Shown: positions 48,213 through 59,858 of the stretch, piece by piece
Layout: the number at the start of each line of letters is the position of its first letter
Numbering within the stretch: the first letter of the stretch is position 1
Origin: Lepidodermella squamata
Lineage: Eukaryota > Animalia > Gastrotricha
Length of the DNA: 64,000 nt
Reading direction: 5' to 3'
Assembly (NCBI GenBank): GCA_047495785.1
Contig: JBLDXI010000004.1
Location: forward strand, 1,612,001 to 1,676,000
Translations under genes and position numbers: made by a program
The notes under the pieces: model-generated
What the model was told of the DNA's origin: nothing
Databases searched by the model: none
What the model saw: only the letters and a program-made list of their open reading frames with translations

Positions 48213-49460
48213 TCACATGCTCTTCATGAACTTGACATTTATGCCAATGAAAGCGGCTAGAAACACAAAAACAGCCACGACATCCATTATGCGGACTGTA
48301 TTGATCTTCCTCTTGCCAGCCTCCTGCTCCAAGATGCCACATGCAAGACCAAGAGTAATCAACTCGTACAAGGTAATCGCAGCAGCGTACCACATCATGG
48401 CCTGGACGTAGTTGCCCAGCAAATTCGCATCTCCTCGCTGCGGAACTTTTTGACTCATCGCAGACTGCGCGAAAGTGATTGTAAGCAGCGTGGTCGCAGT
48501 GAACGCTGGGCGGTCCGGGCAATCTGGCGGGAATAGCAGGGTGGCTAGATCCAACCCTGCCATCACCCCAGCCGGGACTAGATAGTTCATGATGTAGAAA
48601 GTCGGATCGCGAGTCAAGGTGACTCGAAATTTGGCTGTCGAGACTTCGAGACCGTTGAACTGATTCGTCGCCACGAACTTGCTAGTATTTACCAGTTTCC
48701 ACTCGGAATGAAGCAGCGCCTCATTCGACCAGAAAAATCGCAGGTTATTATCGTCCAATTTCAGCAGGCTCTTGTCATTCGTGAGTGCGATCTCCATCCA
48801 GCAGGTTTGCGTGTCGAATGGGAATTTCTCCAACCGGAACAAGCATTCGTACGTCAACTGGCCCTCTCGTGTCCAGTAGAAGTCGAAGATTTGGCCCTTT
48901 TTCACCGTCATCAGCAGATTATCGGCGTAAGGCACGTCTTTTAGATACACATTCGATTGATACTCGTTTATGTAGCGAACTTTTGGCAGCCAAATTTCAG
49001 TTTGATTCGTGATGTGAACGACTTCAAGTGTTTCATTCGAGTCCAACTTAGGGCACGTCTCAATAGACCAGTGCATCAAAGCTTCGACTCCGATTGCGAT
49101 ATCGTCTGATGAGGTTGTGAAATCAATTAAGGATTTCGCTTCCAGGGCGAAGTCGATAGAATTCGGGCTTTTTTCGTCCTTCATCGGCGGCGCTTTCCGA
49201 CCAGCTGCGAAGTGGTCGCATTGCTGCAGGATTTTGGCCGAGTTGAGATTCGGCTTGACTTGCAACGGTCCTCCATCAAGGGATGGGGTCAACTGGCGGA
49301 GTGAAGTCGGCTCATTCACGTCCCTGCGATTTCGAACGCTGACTTCTTCTGTATTTAAGTGGACATGGGCGAAATTCTCCGACTGGAACGGCAGGTTTTC
49401 AATGAGAGACGCCGATGCAGCGGCTAAGAGAAAAAATGCTACGGCAGCTGAAATGTACAT
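48213..49460 (-). CDS. Intronless divergent Cys-loop channel subunit (415 aa)
   Basis: Signal peptide, RNRR site, IWLPKV motif, Cys-loop C-LFRLEKFPFDTQT-C, four TM helices and a minimal M3-M4 loop. Shares CDHF, W(S/T)xxTCPK and FYWTREG motifs with the giant subunits. Confidence 0.95.
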   Translation of the reverse strand: MYISAAVAFFLLAAASASLIENLPFQSENFAHVHLNTEEVSVRNRRDVNEPTSLRQLTPSLDGGPLQVKPNLNSAKILQQCDHFAAGRKAPPMKDEKSPNSIDFALEAKSLIDFTTSSDDIAIGVEALMHWSIETCPKLDSNETLEVVHITNQTEIWLPKVRYINEYQSNVYLKDVPYADNLLMTVKKGQIFDFYWTREGQLTYECLFRLEKFPFDTQTCWMEIALTNDKSLLKLDDNNLRFFWSNEALLHSEWKLVNTSKFVATNQFNGLEVSTAKFRVTLTRDPTFYIMNYLVPAGVMAGLDLATLLFPPDCPDRPAFTATTLLTITFAQSAMSQKVPQRGDANLLGNYVQAMMWYAAAITLYELITLGLACGILEQEAGKRKINTVRIMDVVAVFVFLAAFIGINVKFMKSM

Positions 49461-50358
49461 GCTTTCTAGCTATCCCGAGAATTTAGTCGAGCTTTGCAAA
49501 ACTTTCACACTCCGGCTAGTTTGCTTTTCTGTTTCCGAGAAAGATCGCAATACTTTTCCATCCGGCTAAGTGGAAACTTTGAAGCAATAAATGAGCGCAA
49601 ACATTGGGGAAATATATTTGGAATTTTAGGAAAAATATTTACAGATTGATTCACACGTGTATTTTGTATTCAACGACCAATAAATTGAACGTTTGATTAA
49701 TTTTTCAAAATTTTCCGAATTGGCGGTAAATTCCTTTTGATTCTATGTTTTAGAGTGTTCTCTGGATTTCGAAATCTAAAACTGAAAATCAAAAATCGAT
49801 TGGCCCAAGGTTTTCGTCGCGAAATTCATCTGCTGAAAGGTGTTAACCAATGAAAGCTGATAGCTGAAAAATGAGCTGATACTAATACCATCCAGGAACG
49901 TTTTCATTAGCCAAACGGCAGAGGGCGAATTGTCGCCTATCAATTGATTAATCGTGATATCATTTGAGACCTATTACGACATCACATTCCAAAAGCTTAT
50001 TTTGACGTAGGAATACTGGTTCATTACTCGTAGTCTCGTTGTAGCTATATCAGAAGAAAAAATGTATCTCGGCAAGATCTTAACCCACAACACAGGTTTT
50101 CACGTAGATAGATAATTTTCAGAGCTCCCCTAATTGTTAGCTGATGGCTTTATTTTGATGTTAACTGCGTCGGTTTTTATTATATCAGTGCATAAAAGCG
50201 CATGAGAGCTTCTCATTTTTTTCAACAGTTACCCCGTCGCACGGGATTGGCTTTCACCGTCTGCCATCATCATTTGACCGCTCCAGCGTAAAAAAAGCCG
50301 CACTGAGTGGTCATTATCATCACCGAGCGTATCATAGATTTTTCTTTCTGCTTCAACA

Positions 50359-50771
50359 ATGACAGCTTTCGCCGTGAGATTCGCCGTTGTAGCTCTAGCT
50401 GTGGTCTTCGCAATCGCCCAGCAACCTCAACGCTTTTTCCGCTGCAGATCGTCCGGCAATGTGATTTGCAAGGCCGGCCGGTGCCAGGCTGATGCTGGTG
50501 AAACTGAGGTAAGCCCTTAGATTTTTTATTTTTCAAGGTTAAACTCATTTTCTAGCTTCAAAAACCCGCGAACTGGAGCGTTTTCTGGGAGGATCAGACT
50601 CGATGCAACCAGGACGCGGTTTTTCTGGTCTGCAACAACAAGCAGTGCGCGAACCAACGCGAAGGCTGCCCGGCTGATAACGCGCCTGTTAACCTAGCCA
50701 TCGATGCCAACGCTACTCTGGCGAGGCAAATCTGCCAGGAAATGGCACGCATTCACCGCGGAACTCAGTAA
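50359..50771 (+). CDS. Small secreted protein with two 4-Cys modules (121 aa)
   Basis: Exons 50359-50508 and 50556-50771, 47-nt GT-AG intron: MTAFAVRFAVVALAVVFAIAQQPQRFFRCRSSGNVICKAGRCQADAGETE|LQKPANWSVFWEDQTRCNQDAVFLVCNNKQCANQREGCPADNAPVNLAIDANATLARQICQEMARIHRGTQ*. Confidence 0.85.
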
Positions 50772-50872
50772 ACTCGACAACTAACTCAACTCTAAATAAC
50801 TAAGCATTATTCATGAGACTAACACCATTGTAACAGTCAATTTTTGAGTAAAAGAGGTGGGAAAAAGCGTGT

Positions 50873-53096
50873 TCATCCTGCGATCATAGGTGCGACGAAC
50901 ATGGTGACCAGGGTCATGATGAGGACCAGAGAGCCGAATAGGATGAAACAGACTCGGTCGATGACTTGAGAAGCAAATTTCCACTCTTCACATATTTCAG
51001 CCTCCTCATCAGCTTTCTCAGATTTTTTGGTAATAGTCCTGAAAATAACGATTTCAATAAAACAACAGCCGATCCATTAGTTCAACAGCGCACCTGATTT
51101 CTCGAACACATTGCTTCATCCGCCAGTGCGCTTCGTCCTGCTCAGTCATTCCAGGATCGATGAAATCGAATTCGTCCTCGTCAGCTTTCTTGCTCATTCT
51201 TGAGGGTGAAATTGTTGCGATTGGCGTCTCGGAACTCTCGCTGATGTGTAGCTCCCTTCGAAGGTCTACTGTTGACCTTCGTTTCCGATCAGGATCTTCC
51301 TCTTCTCGTTCCTTTAAAATAGGGCTTTCTATAAGTGAGCGTCGATGGATAGTAAAGACTTACAGGTCTCTGCATGCATAGAAAATTAGCCAAATGTCCA
51401 TTGACGTATATTTTGACCTGGATATCGGGACAGAAAAAGAAAACCCTCAGTTTAAATTTTCCTGTTTTTACAAATTTTGTCCGTTTCCTTTTGTTTTTGA
51501 AGGAATTTCGCTTAAAATGCAGAAATGTTTGAAACAGTTTTCGAAATCTTTCGAGGGCCTGTGCAGCTTGAGTAATCAAGGCTCTTACAGACTCGTCAGC
51601 CAATTTATATGTTTTCCATAAAAGACTTACCCATTTTGGGAAATTGCTGGTTTGAGGCGTTCGGTAGTGCACATTCAGCACCATGATGGTGCTTAACACC
51701 GAAAACGAGAGGAGTGTTGTAGTTCCAGCGAAATACAGAGCCAGCAGTGGAATTTTCTCGCCGGCTGGTAGAAAGTCCATAACCATGTTCAAGAACACGA
51801 AAATTGACAACAAAGCGCCAACGCCTGTATATCAACGTAAATACAACTTAAAAGAGCTTTGATGCAAATTTACATAGTCCAATTTTCTCTCCAGACTCTG
51901 CCGGCAAGGTGAATGTCAGTAGACCGATAATGGAGACCTAAAAACAGAAATGACGCCTTTTCTGAGCAACCGTTGCTATGGGGCAATGCAATCTCACCAG
52001 AACCGTTGGTACGACTAGGTTGAATAGGTAAAACAGCGGGCGTCGTGTTAGGATGATTGTGAACGTTGCGTCAACGTAAATTTGGCCGTCATAAGGCACT
52101 TCGTTGCGAACAGCCGGGGCGCCCTTGAGTTTCCACTCGCTGCTCTCGCTGTAGGCCTCTAAATCAGCTTCTAAGCTTGGAAGAGTCAAATTCACGCCAG
52201 ACATCGAGTAAGTCCACGAACTGAACTTTAGATCACAGGCTTGCGTATCGAATGGGAAATACTTAAGCCGGAGAAATATATGTCGTAATGTTCGATACAT
52301 TAGTTAATGAACTTGCTTTGATCTGAATTGAGCTATAAAAGGATAAACATTATGCAAACGGTTTCGGTCACAGTAAGTATGGCTTACCAGGTCGAGGCGA
52401 AAATTCCGGGCGGGAACCATTCGATCATGCCCGTGTTGAAAATTTTAGCATGTACCTTGTTTGTTGGGTCAAAATTTTCTGTCGCTGAGTTGTGACTAGA
52501 GAAAATACGAAATTTGTGATTTTTATGCCCGAACAAATGTATGGCTTACAGTAAAATATCGGGTGTCCATATTTTCTCGTGAGGAACTTTCAAATAAGAT
52601 GTTTATCGAGAATACAGGATAATAAGATGCAAGATTTTACTGATCAACTGCGAGATGTTATTGTGTTCGAGCGGATTCCAACGAAAGCGATAATCTTCCC
52701 AGCTCTAAATAGCCGTAATCTTCTGTATAAAAAGGCAAATGAATGGAAGTTATACCAAAAATAGCCATAGTTTGCTCTGAATTTTCTGAAGTTTCTCATC
52801 CTAAAAAGGAGGACAAATATTCCTAAATTCGAAGGGGAAAGTGTAAAATTCGTACCACATCTATGACTTGACGTAGATAGGCAACGAAAACTACATTGAC
52901 AGGATCTCTTTCATCCTCGGCCGGTCGCTCGATTTTGCTGTAATTTTGAAATATATGGCTAATAAGCTTTGCTTCCGCTCTGGATCCTGCAAATAACAGT
53001 CTGAAATTTGAAAAAATCTGTAATTATTAAAATACCTTCTGAAGTCCCGAATTGTAGAAGGAACACTAAAATAGCTAGGCAATAGCGAATATCCAT
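50873..53096 (-). CDS. Multi-exon nicotinic acetylcholine receptor-like subunit, non-alpha type, cation-selective motif
   Basis: MDIRYCLAILVFLL signal; IFQNYSKIERP; IWTPDILL; Cys-loop C-SIQIKYFPFDTQA-C; FSSWTY; loop C without vicinal CC; SGEKIGL before M2; EEWKFASQVIDR before M4. Intracellular-loop exons are not fully resolved. Confidence 0.92.
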
Positions 53097-53620
53097 CTTG
53101 CGCTAAATATACGCATATGGTTCATCACTGCGTTGATCTTCTTAGCCCAATGTTAATGCGCTAGTTCTACAAAAGCGAGAGCAAATACCGCATTTGAGAC
53201 GTAATTAACACTGGGTAAACAAACACGCACATGCTGCCCCAACGCGCGCATCTCGCGTGCGCTCAATTACGCGACGAACCGCGCTCTTGAGCCGGCTCAA
53301 GATGATGTACACATGACATCAGTCGCGATCATAATGCTTGTGCATTTTATACGGTCTAGCATTCGAGCAGCCTCAAGTGTAGCCGGCCACTGTTGCCAGC
53401 TTCTTTGACATAACGAGACATGCATAAAATGCGATTTTCTTCCCTGATTTTTCATGGGTAGAAAAGCCCTTTATTTAAGTATGACAGAAATGTTTTCAAA
53501 AGGTACTGCAGTCAAAAAATCTCAATTGAAACTTCAAGACTCTGAAATAACACTATGTTTGTTCCTGTCGTGTGAGGATATTATATTATGCTGTGGGGAT
53601 CGACATATCAGCATTAAATT

Positions 53621-53977
53621 TTACAGCGTCAGATGGAACATGTCGTTGCATTTGCGCAGGGCGAGCGATGACAGCATCGCAGTTTTGCCGTACTTTTTCA
53701 AACAGGCAGCATAGCGGCTCTGCCTGGCCTTCTGCGCCATTTTTCGCGTTATAGCAATGACCCGATTGATGACTTCAGACGGCGGCTCTCCTGCCTTGTC
53801 CAACCGGTCGAAAAACAGATTTCTAAGCTGATTCATATCTAATTACCACAAACTTTAAAGTGGAGCCCATGAGGAAAGTTGTATTGCCTTACTTTCTGTT
53901 ATAATGCCTGTGTTTGATTTGGTTGATTCAGCTTGAGTGGCCATCGCCATTATGACTAAAATTAATATGACAAACAT
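53621..53977 (-). CDS. Secreted cationic 2-Cys peptide precursor 1 (100 aa)
   Basis: Exons 53977-53893 and 53838-53621 (phase 1). Signal MFVILILVIMAMATQA. C-terminal RYAACLKKYGKTAMLSSLALRKC. Confidence 0.85.
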
Positions 53978-54371
53978 TGTTGTGAGAAAAATCGTTGAAT
54001 ATCACGCGCCGTTCTTCAATCAACAGCCTTGTCTATCTCATGTTTTATCGATCGCGAGAGGCGAGATGCGTAGTCGACTCGCCTTCCTGTGAGGGGTTGA
54101 AGGATGTGACACGGTTCCGAAGTGTCCACATCAGCTCATTAAAAAATCGATCATAGAGTCCCCATTTTCTCATTTAATTGACAATTTACACTTTAAGTGC
54201 CGAATATTGTTTTTCCCTCATTTATCAGTGGAAATAACTTCAATAAACGCTGGTGATTCATGCATAAAAAGGATCTATTGCGAATCAGTACATTTGCGAG
54301 GTTTCCCGTGTCAAGTCAGCGAACTATCGAAAATTCCGATCGATTATCGATTTTGAGATTGAGATTGGAAT

Positions 54372-54618
54372 CAGGGTGCGATCTTCGATCCGCGAGCTCC
54401 CGGGGATGGAAAACTTTTTTTTGCTGTTTTTGCCAAAATGACGAGTCATTTCGGCTAATAACCGAGCGAAGCGAGAAAGTTTTGGAGATTTTCCACTAAA
54501 ACACGCCCCAGAACCTTCCAAAATTAACAAAACAGTGGGATAAATTCTCATTTTGTTGTCTGGCCCGGCCGAGCTGGGGGGATGATCCCCCCCATCCCCC
54601 CCTGAAAGTCGCAAACTG
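54372..54618 (-). mobile_element. hAT-type MITE, copy 2
   Basis: Reverse copy of 1157-1402 with perfect 8-bp TSD ATTGGAAT. Confidence 0.92.
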
Positions 54619-55022
54619 ATTGGAATTATTAGCTATCGGCGAAAGAGTACACTTAGATGAACATTTAGCAATAGATAAATCAATCCCTCCAAGGGCGTGA
54701 AATCCCTGGAATGTTTCGATTTACCCCGCCTATTTACTTGCTTAATATCGATAGAGACAACTAAAACTGGTTCTGGGTTGTATAAAGTGCCGTTGCACAG
54801 CTTTATGCTATCAAAAAGCCTATTTAGCTTCAACAGAAGCGTTCACACTACGAAATTTTAACATCACTTCAACGCACTTCAACGAGCACGCGACCGGTTA
54901 ACGCTTTTTTTACTTCACTTTACCGTAGTGTGAAAAGCCTATACTCACTAAGACCTATACGGACTGATAAGCCTATTTTAAGGGCCTCATGAAGCGCCTT
55001 ATGGAAAATTTTATTAACCAAA

Positions 55023-55363
55023 CTATTTTTGAACCAAAACAAGTCTCAGCTTCGCATTCTCCTTGCCGCATTTCAGAGCGACAAGGGACGTAATGGTAGC
55101 GGCTCTGCCGTACTTTCTCAGGCATAACAAGTAGCGATTTCGTCTAGCGATTCGCATTGTCGCAATCATTTTCGAGAGGCCGAAAGCCCCATCGCCAAAC
55201 AGTGAAGCAGGGTTATCAGGCAAAATCGTAGCACTGCTATCACGCTCGACGCCTGTGAAAGATAAATATAAAAAATGGAGTATTAATAATTAAGAGAGAA
55301 ATTACTGCTGAGTTGTGCTGATTCAATCAAAATAGCCGCTAAAATAAGGACGAGTCGCAACAT
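55023..55363 (-). CDS. Secreted cationic 2-Cys peptide precursor 2 (95 aa)
   Basis: Exons 55363-55306 and 55252-55023 (phase 1). Signal MLRLVLILAAILIESA. C-terminal RYLLCLRKYGRAATITSLVALKC. Confidence 0.82.
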
Positions 55364-55969
55364 TGCAATTTTTTGTATAATGAGTATTTTTTTAATTGTT
55401 GAGCTTTCATTCAAGTAATTTAGTTTTTCCGTCTTATTCTTTATACCGGACAAAAGTAAGCTTTAATTATCCTACGGTAAGTCTTAGTCTTTGTGCCTAT
55501 TTTTAATATTACGACGTTTCCTTTTACTTCTCGTCTACTCATGCGTTAATAAACAATTCTTAATATTAACGTGGGCTTGCGACTGTACTCGGATAGGACG
55601 TGTCGCTATTTAGAGCAGCACCCACAATTTATTTTACAATTTATTCTCCAATCAAAAAGGCAATGCTTTATAACGTATTTCTTTCTAACAAAGCGGGATT
55701 AACGCAAAATTTAATTTTCGTTCGATGGAGAACATGCAGTTTTTGCACAGGCAATTTTCGGTCCTTCCTGTTTTCGTTTGGTATCAAAATTTCAGCTACT
55801 TTAAAATAATCAGTTAAACTTTAGAGCATTGTGAAAAATCAAAGGAATATCAGCGATCAATGAGCTCAGTTTCATAGGGTTCGATCAGACATTTATGATG
55901 GAAACACAAAAATTTTCAACATAAAACATAATATTAAATTTTATTTCCGTAGTAACCTATAATGAGACG

Positions 55970-56319
55970 TTATAACGAATTAGCGACATCGTTGCACTTT
56001 CTTGAAGCCAGCGACGACAGCATAGCTGTTTTGCCGTATTTTCTCATACAAGCTGCGTAGCGATATTGCCGAGCTAATTTCTGCATTTTACGATCGGGCG
56101 CTGCGAATTTTCCGGGCTTGTCCAGAGGGCGATTTCCCAACAAGATCGCTCTCCAACTATTTATACCTAAAATCGACTGAAATTATTAGGGACATGTTAA
56201 TGGTGATATAGCTTACTCTCAACATCATTCGCTAGATTCGCATCGGTAGCGGAAGTTGCTATTGACAGTTGGATGAGCGATGTTATCAACGTGACGAATA
56301 AAACTTTGGAAATCAGCAT
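55970..56319 (-). CDS. Secreted cationic 2-Cys peptide precursor 3 (99 aa)
   Basis: Exons 56319-56217 and 56166-55970 (phase 1). Signal MLISKVLFVTLITSLIQLSIA. C-terminal RYAACMRKYGKTAMLSSLASRKC. Confidence 0.85.
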
Positions 56320-56741
56320 CGTCTCAGTCCTTTAAAACTTTCTAATACCCGTTTGCATCCAAATTTGCCTATTAAATGAGGTAGTATTGAACGGGGGAGG
56401 AGGAGGAGTACATATTATTCTCTCACATAGGCACGTTGCAAAAAATAGGCACGAAAAGTACGACGTAGTTGTCGTAGATTGAACATTATGAAGTGATACG
56501 TGGCAAGCTAATTATTAACTTAATTTTTTTTTAATTCTTGCGAACAGATTCAATATTTTAGCAAGCTAAATCAGATCTTACAAAGATAAAAAAATCATGT
56601 GGGACAATAAACAAAATATTTCTGAACACTCAGCTGTGGGACTAATTACTGTTCTTGAAAATCGTAAAAACACTTAATATTTCCCAATGAAGATTTATTG
56701 ATTTTTCAGGACACGTGATGAATTCAAAATGTTGGTCGAGT

Positions 56742-58175
56742 TCAGTTGAAATGATGCGGCATGATAGCTTGTACTGCGGCCATCTTCCGGCGCCTTAGCT
56801 TGTTTTTAGCCATACTTAACATTTTAGTAGGATTAACGCTTCTGAACACGGCTGATAGCAGCGTTTGAACGAGTATCATCAGCATTCCGACTTTGTTGAG
56901 CCAAGATGTGGCGTACTGCGGCCCGAAGTCGAACCAGAACACCTGGCAGAGGAAGCAGGCGAACGCCGGCGTGTACAGCAGCATGAAAATAGCGATAATC
57001 ACGAATGACTGCCTCGCGAGTGAAATGTCGCGATTCCTCGCCGCTCTGTTGTAGCTTTTCGAACTAGAAATGGACGCACGGACATGAACGCTTTCACGCC
57101 TAGCGTTGATTTGGTTAACCTTTCTGAATATCGCGTAGTAGTTGATGGTTGAAAAGACAACGGTAACTAACACCCATATGGTGTAGTATAACATTTGAAT
57201 CAGAGCAGTATCAGCGTAGCCAATCAGGTGGGTCTCGAAATTTCCGCACAATGACATTATTTGCGTTGTATTTTCTGACGTCGGAATGGCGATTCTCTTA
57301 GCGACGTAAGTTTGAAATGGGTAAACAACCATCGGCACAACAGAAATTCCAGTCAGGACTAGAAGTGCGATCGCGTAGAAGACGACCTAATAGAAAAAAG
57401 GCACAAATCAGTGGTCTAGTGTTAAAAGCCTGAAGTTTGTTTAGCAGTATGCGACTTTGAGGATCATCCCCCTCAGCTCGGCCGGGCCAAATAAAATGAG
57501 AATTTATCCCACTGTTTCGTTAATTTCGAGAGCTTCTGGAGCGTGTTTTAGTGGAAAATCTTCAAAATTCTCTCGCTTTTCAGTCAAAAAGGCAAATAAA
57601 AAAAGGCAAATACAGCAAAAATTTGTTTTCCATCCCCGGCAGCTCCAGGATCCAAGATTGCACCTTGTTACTTAGTACCAAGTTTCGCTTACCTTTTTAG
57701 TGTTATCCCGATGGCCTGGCGTGTTGGAAAGCACTTTGAGGCGCCGTTCGTAGCTCATCAACATGCTGAGATTATTGCCGTATGAGCCCGTCGTCATCAT
57801 AATCCAGCTGCTTGCAGAACACAAGAAACTGTTGGCATCAGGCCAATTATTGTCTACTACCGTGAACAAGAGCGGGCCGGTGAGTGCGATTACGAAAAGG
57901 ATATCGCGAGCGCACAAGAAGCAGAGTAGTATGAAGAAATCTCGCTTAACGCCCTTCTTATAGGTATATCGCAAATCTGCGATTGACGCAGCGATGACGC
58001 ATAAGCTGGCAATGACAAAGAGCAGCGTGTACGAGAGACGTGCATGAATCGTTGTGGCGCTCAGGTCGTGGTACGTGCCGATGAAGTACGGCCTCGAGCC
58101 GTTGAATCCGCGTTCCGGGATGTCGACGACTACCCACGAGCCGCGGATGACTTCCGTAGCGTTGTAAATTGTCAT
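56742..58175 (-). CDS. Divergent rhodopsin-type GPCR (predicted 375 aa)
   Basis: Exons 58175-57693 and 57386-56742 (phase 0). Seven hydrophobic segments, TM2 L..RD, Cys before TM3, SYERR at the DRY position, TM6 F....Y.P. Confidence 0.8.
57445..57667 (+). mobile_element. hAT-type MITE, copy 3 (older, inside the GPCR intron)
   Basis: Homologous to 1157-1402. Degenerate TIRs and a 6/8 TSD (TTGTTTAG / TTACTTAG). Confidence 0.85.
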
Positions 58176-58904
58176 TCAAAGCGAGATCATTTGCGATGAT
58201 GCACTGCACTTGAGATGAACGAAGAAAACAACTCGAAATGAGTAGAAATTGACTGACACAACTAACATTTAATAAGCTGTATCGAATGGCGACACAGCGC
58301 ATGGTGCGATCAGCCCGGGGGTTGATTCGTGCGTAGTCATCGTCGCTGCTCGAGGCCAATGTCAGGAGTAAACTTGAAGCATGATTCATTCCTATAATAC
58401 CTTTCTAATTTCAAAACTTCGATCGCTTTGATTTTTGACAATTTGCAGGTTTCAAAATTGGTCGATAGATGTGAGCATTGAGGTTCCTGCGCTAATCTGA
58501 ACGATCGATTCAGTTATGAAAACGCCATGGTAATGTGGCGCAAGATTTATCCCATTATCAGCCTTATCGGAGCAACGAATAAACCGACCGTATTGAAGAC
58601 GAACTGCAATTGTGTTGAATCATTTTTGGGCTCTTAGTAGTTTTTAGATCGCATCTGGTTTCAGTCCCGGTCATATTTTGGTTATGTTGAGTAATATCCC
58701 ATTTCCTAGTCCCTAGTCACATGATTCGATTGACGCCGTTTCGCTATTATCATTCCTTGAGATAACAAGTAGTTGCGAATAACTAGGTTATATAACAGGC
58801 CGCTTATCGGAGATAACGACGGTGATAAGACACGAATGGGTTTCCCTTACCACATCGCAATCGTACAAATCCACACCGGAATCAAACAAGAACCTTAAAA
58901 TACT

Positions 58905-59858
58905 ATGTCCGCTCCTGATCATCAACACCACGGTCCGCCTGATCGTGAGGCGATCATGAAAATGATGGCTGAATTCGCTGAAATGTTCAAGCCACTGGGC
59001 AACAACCAACAAGACGGCATGCCCCGCGCCATGTTCCGCGGCCACTGGCTGCCAGCCTTCATTCCGCTCTACTGGCCGCAAATCTACAACTTCCCGGTCA
59101 CTAGCGACGACGTGTTCGTTCTGAGCTTCCCGAAATGCGGCACCCATTGGCTGCACTACATGACACATTTGATTAAAACCGGCGATTTCGACAGCACACC
59201 ACAACACATGCTGCTTGAACTGCCGAAACCGCTGATGCCAGCCGCGCTGGAACGCTACGGCGCTATGCCTGGTCCGAAGGTGTTGACAACCCACCTACCG
59301 CCTAGTTTGCTGCCGAAGGACGCCTACAACGCTAAGCTTATTTACATTTACCGAAACGCGAAAGACGCTGCGGTTTCTTTCTACCACCATCTAGCTGCTA
59401 TGGATAACGAGCATTGGCCGTTTAAAATCACGTTCGAACAGTTTGCGAGGAATTACATTAACGGCGACTTTTCGTTCGGGCCTTACCACTCCCACGTGAA
59501 AGCTTACCACCAGCTGAAACAAGACGGTAAGGATATTTTGATCCTCCGATATGAAGACGTGAAAAAGGACCCATCTGGTGCTATCCGGAAAATTGCTGCC
59601 CACCTTGGCAAAGACCTGGACGATGCGACAGTTGAGAAGATTCGAGAACGTACCAGCTTCTCGCAAATGCGCGAAAATAGAGGTTACAACTGGGCGGACG
59701 CGAAGCAGGCCGGCGTTTTCGCTAAGGATGCTGAGTTTCTTAGGAAGGGCGAAGTCGGCGACTGGCGCAATCATTTTAAAGATCCACAGCTGCTAGCTGA
59801 TTTCGAAAAGTATATTGCTGACAATCTGCCACCAGAACTGATTATACCATGTGAATAA
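58905..59858 (+). CDS. Cytosolic sulfotransferase (SULT family), single exon
   Basis: 5'-PSB motif FPKCGTHW, catalytic-His region TTHLP, 3'-PB motif RNAKDAAVSFYH and C-terminal FLRKGEVGDWRNHF. Confidence 0.95.
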   Translation: MSAPDHQHHGPPDREAIMKMMAEFAEMFKPLGNNQQDGMPRAMFRGHWLPAFIPLYWPQIYNFPVTSDDVFVLSFPKCGTHWLHYMTHLIKTGDFDSTPQHMLLELPKPLMPAALERYGAMPGPKVLTTHLPPSLLPKDAYNAKLIYIYRNAKDAAVSFYHHLAAMDNEHWPFKITFEQFARNYINGDFSFGPYHSHVKAYHQLKQDGKDILILRYEDVKKDPSGAIRKIAAHLGKDLDDATVEKIRERTSFSQMRENRGYNWADAKQAGVFAKDAEFLRKGEVGDWRNHFKDPQLLADFEKYIADNLPPELIIPCE

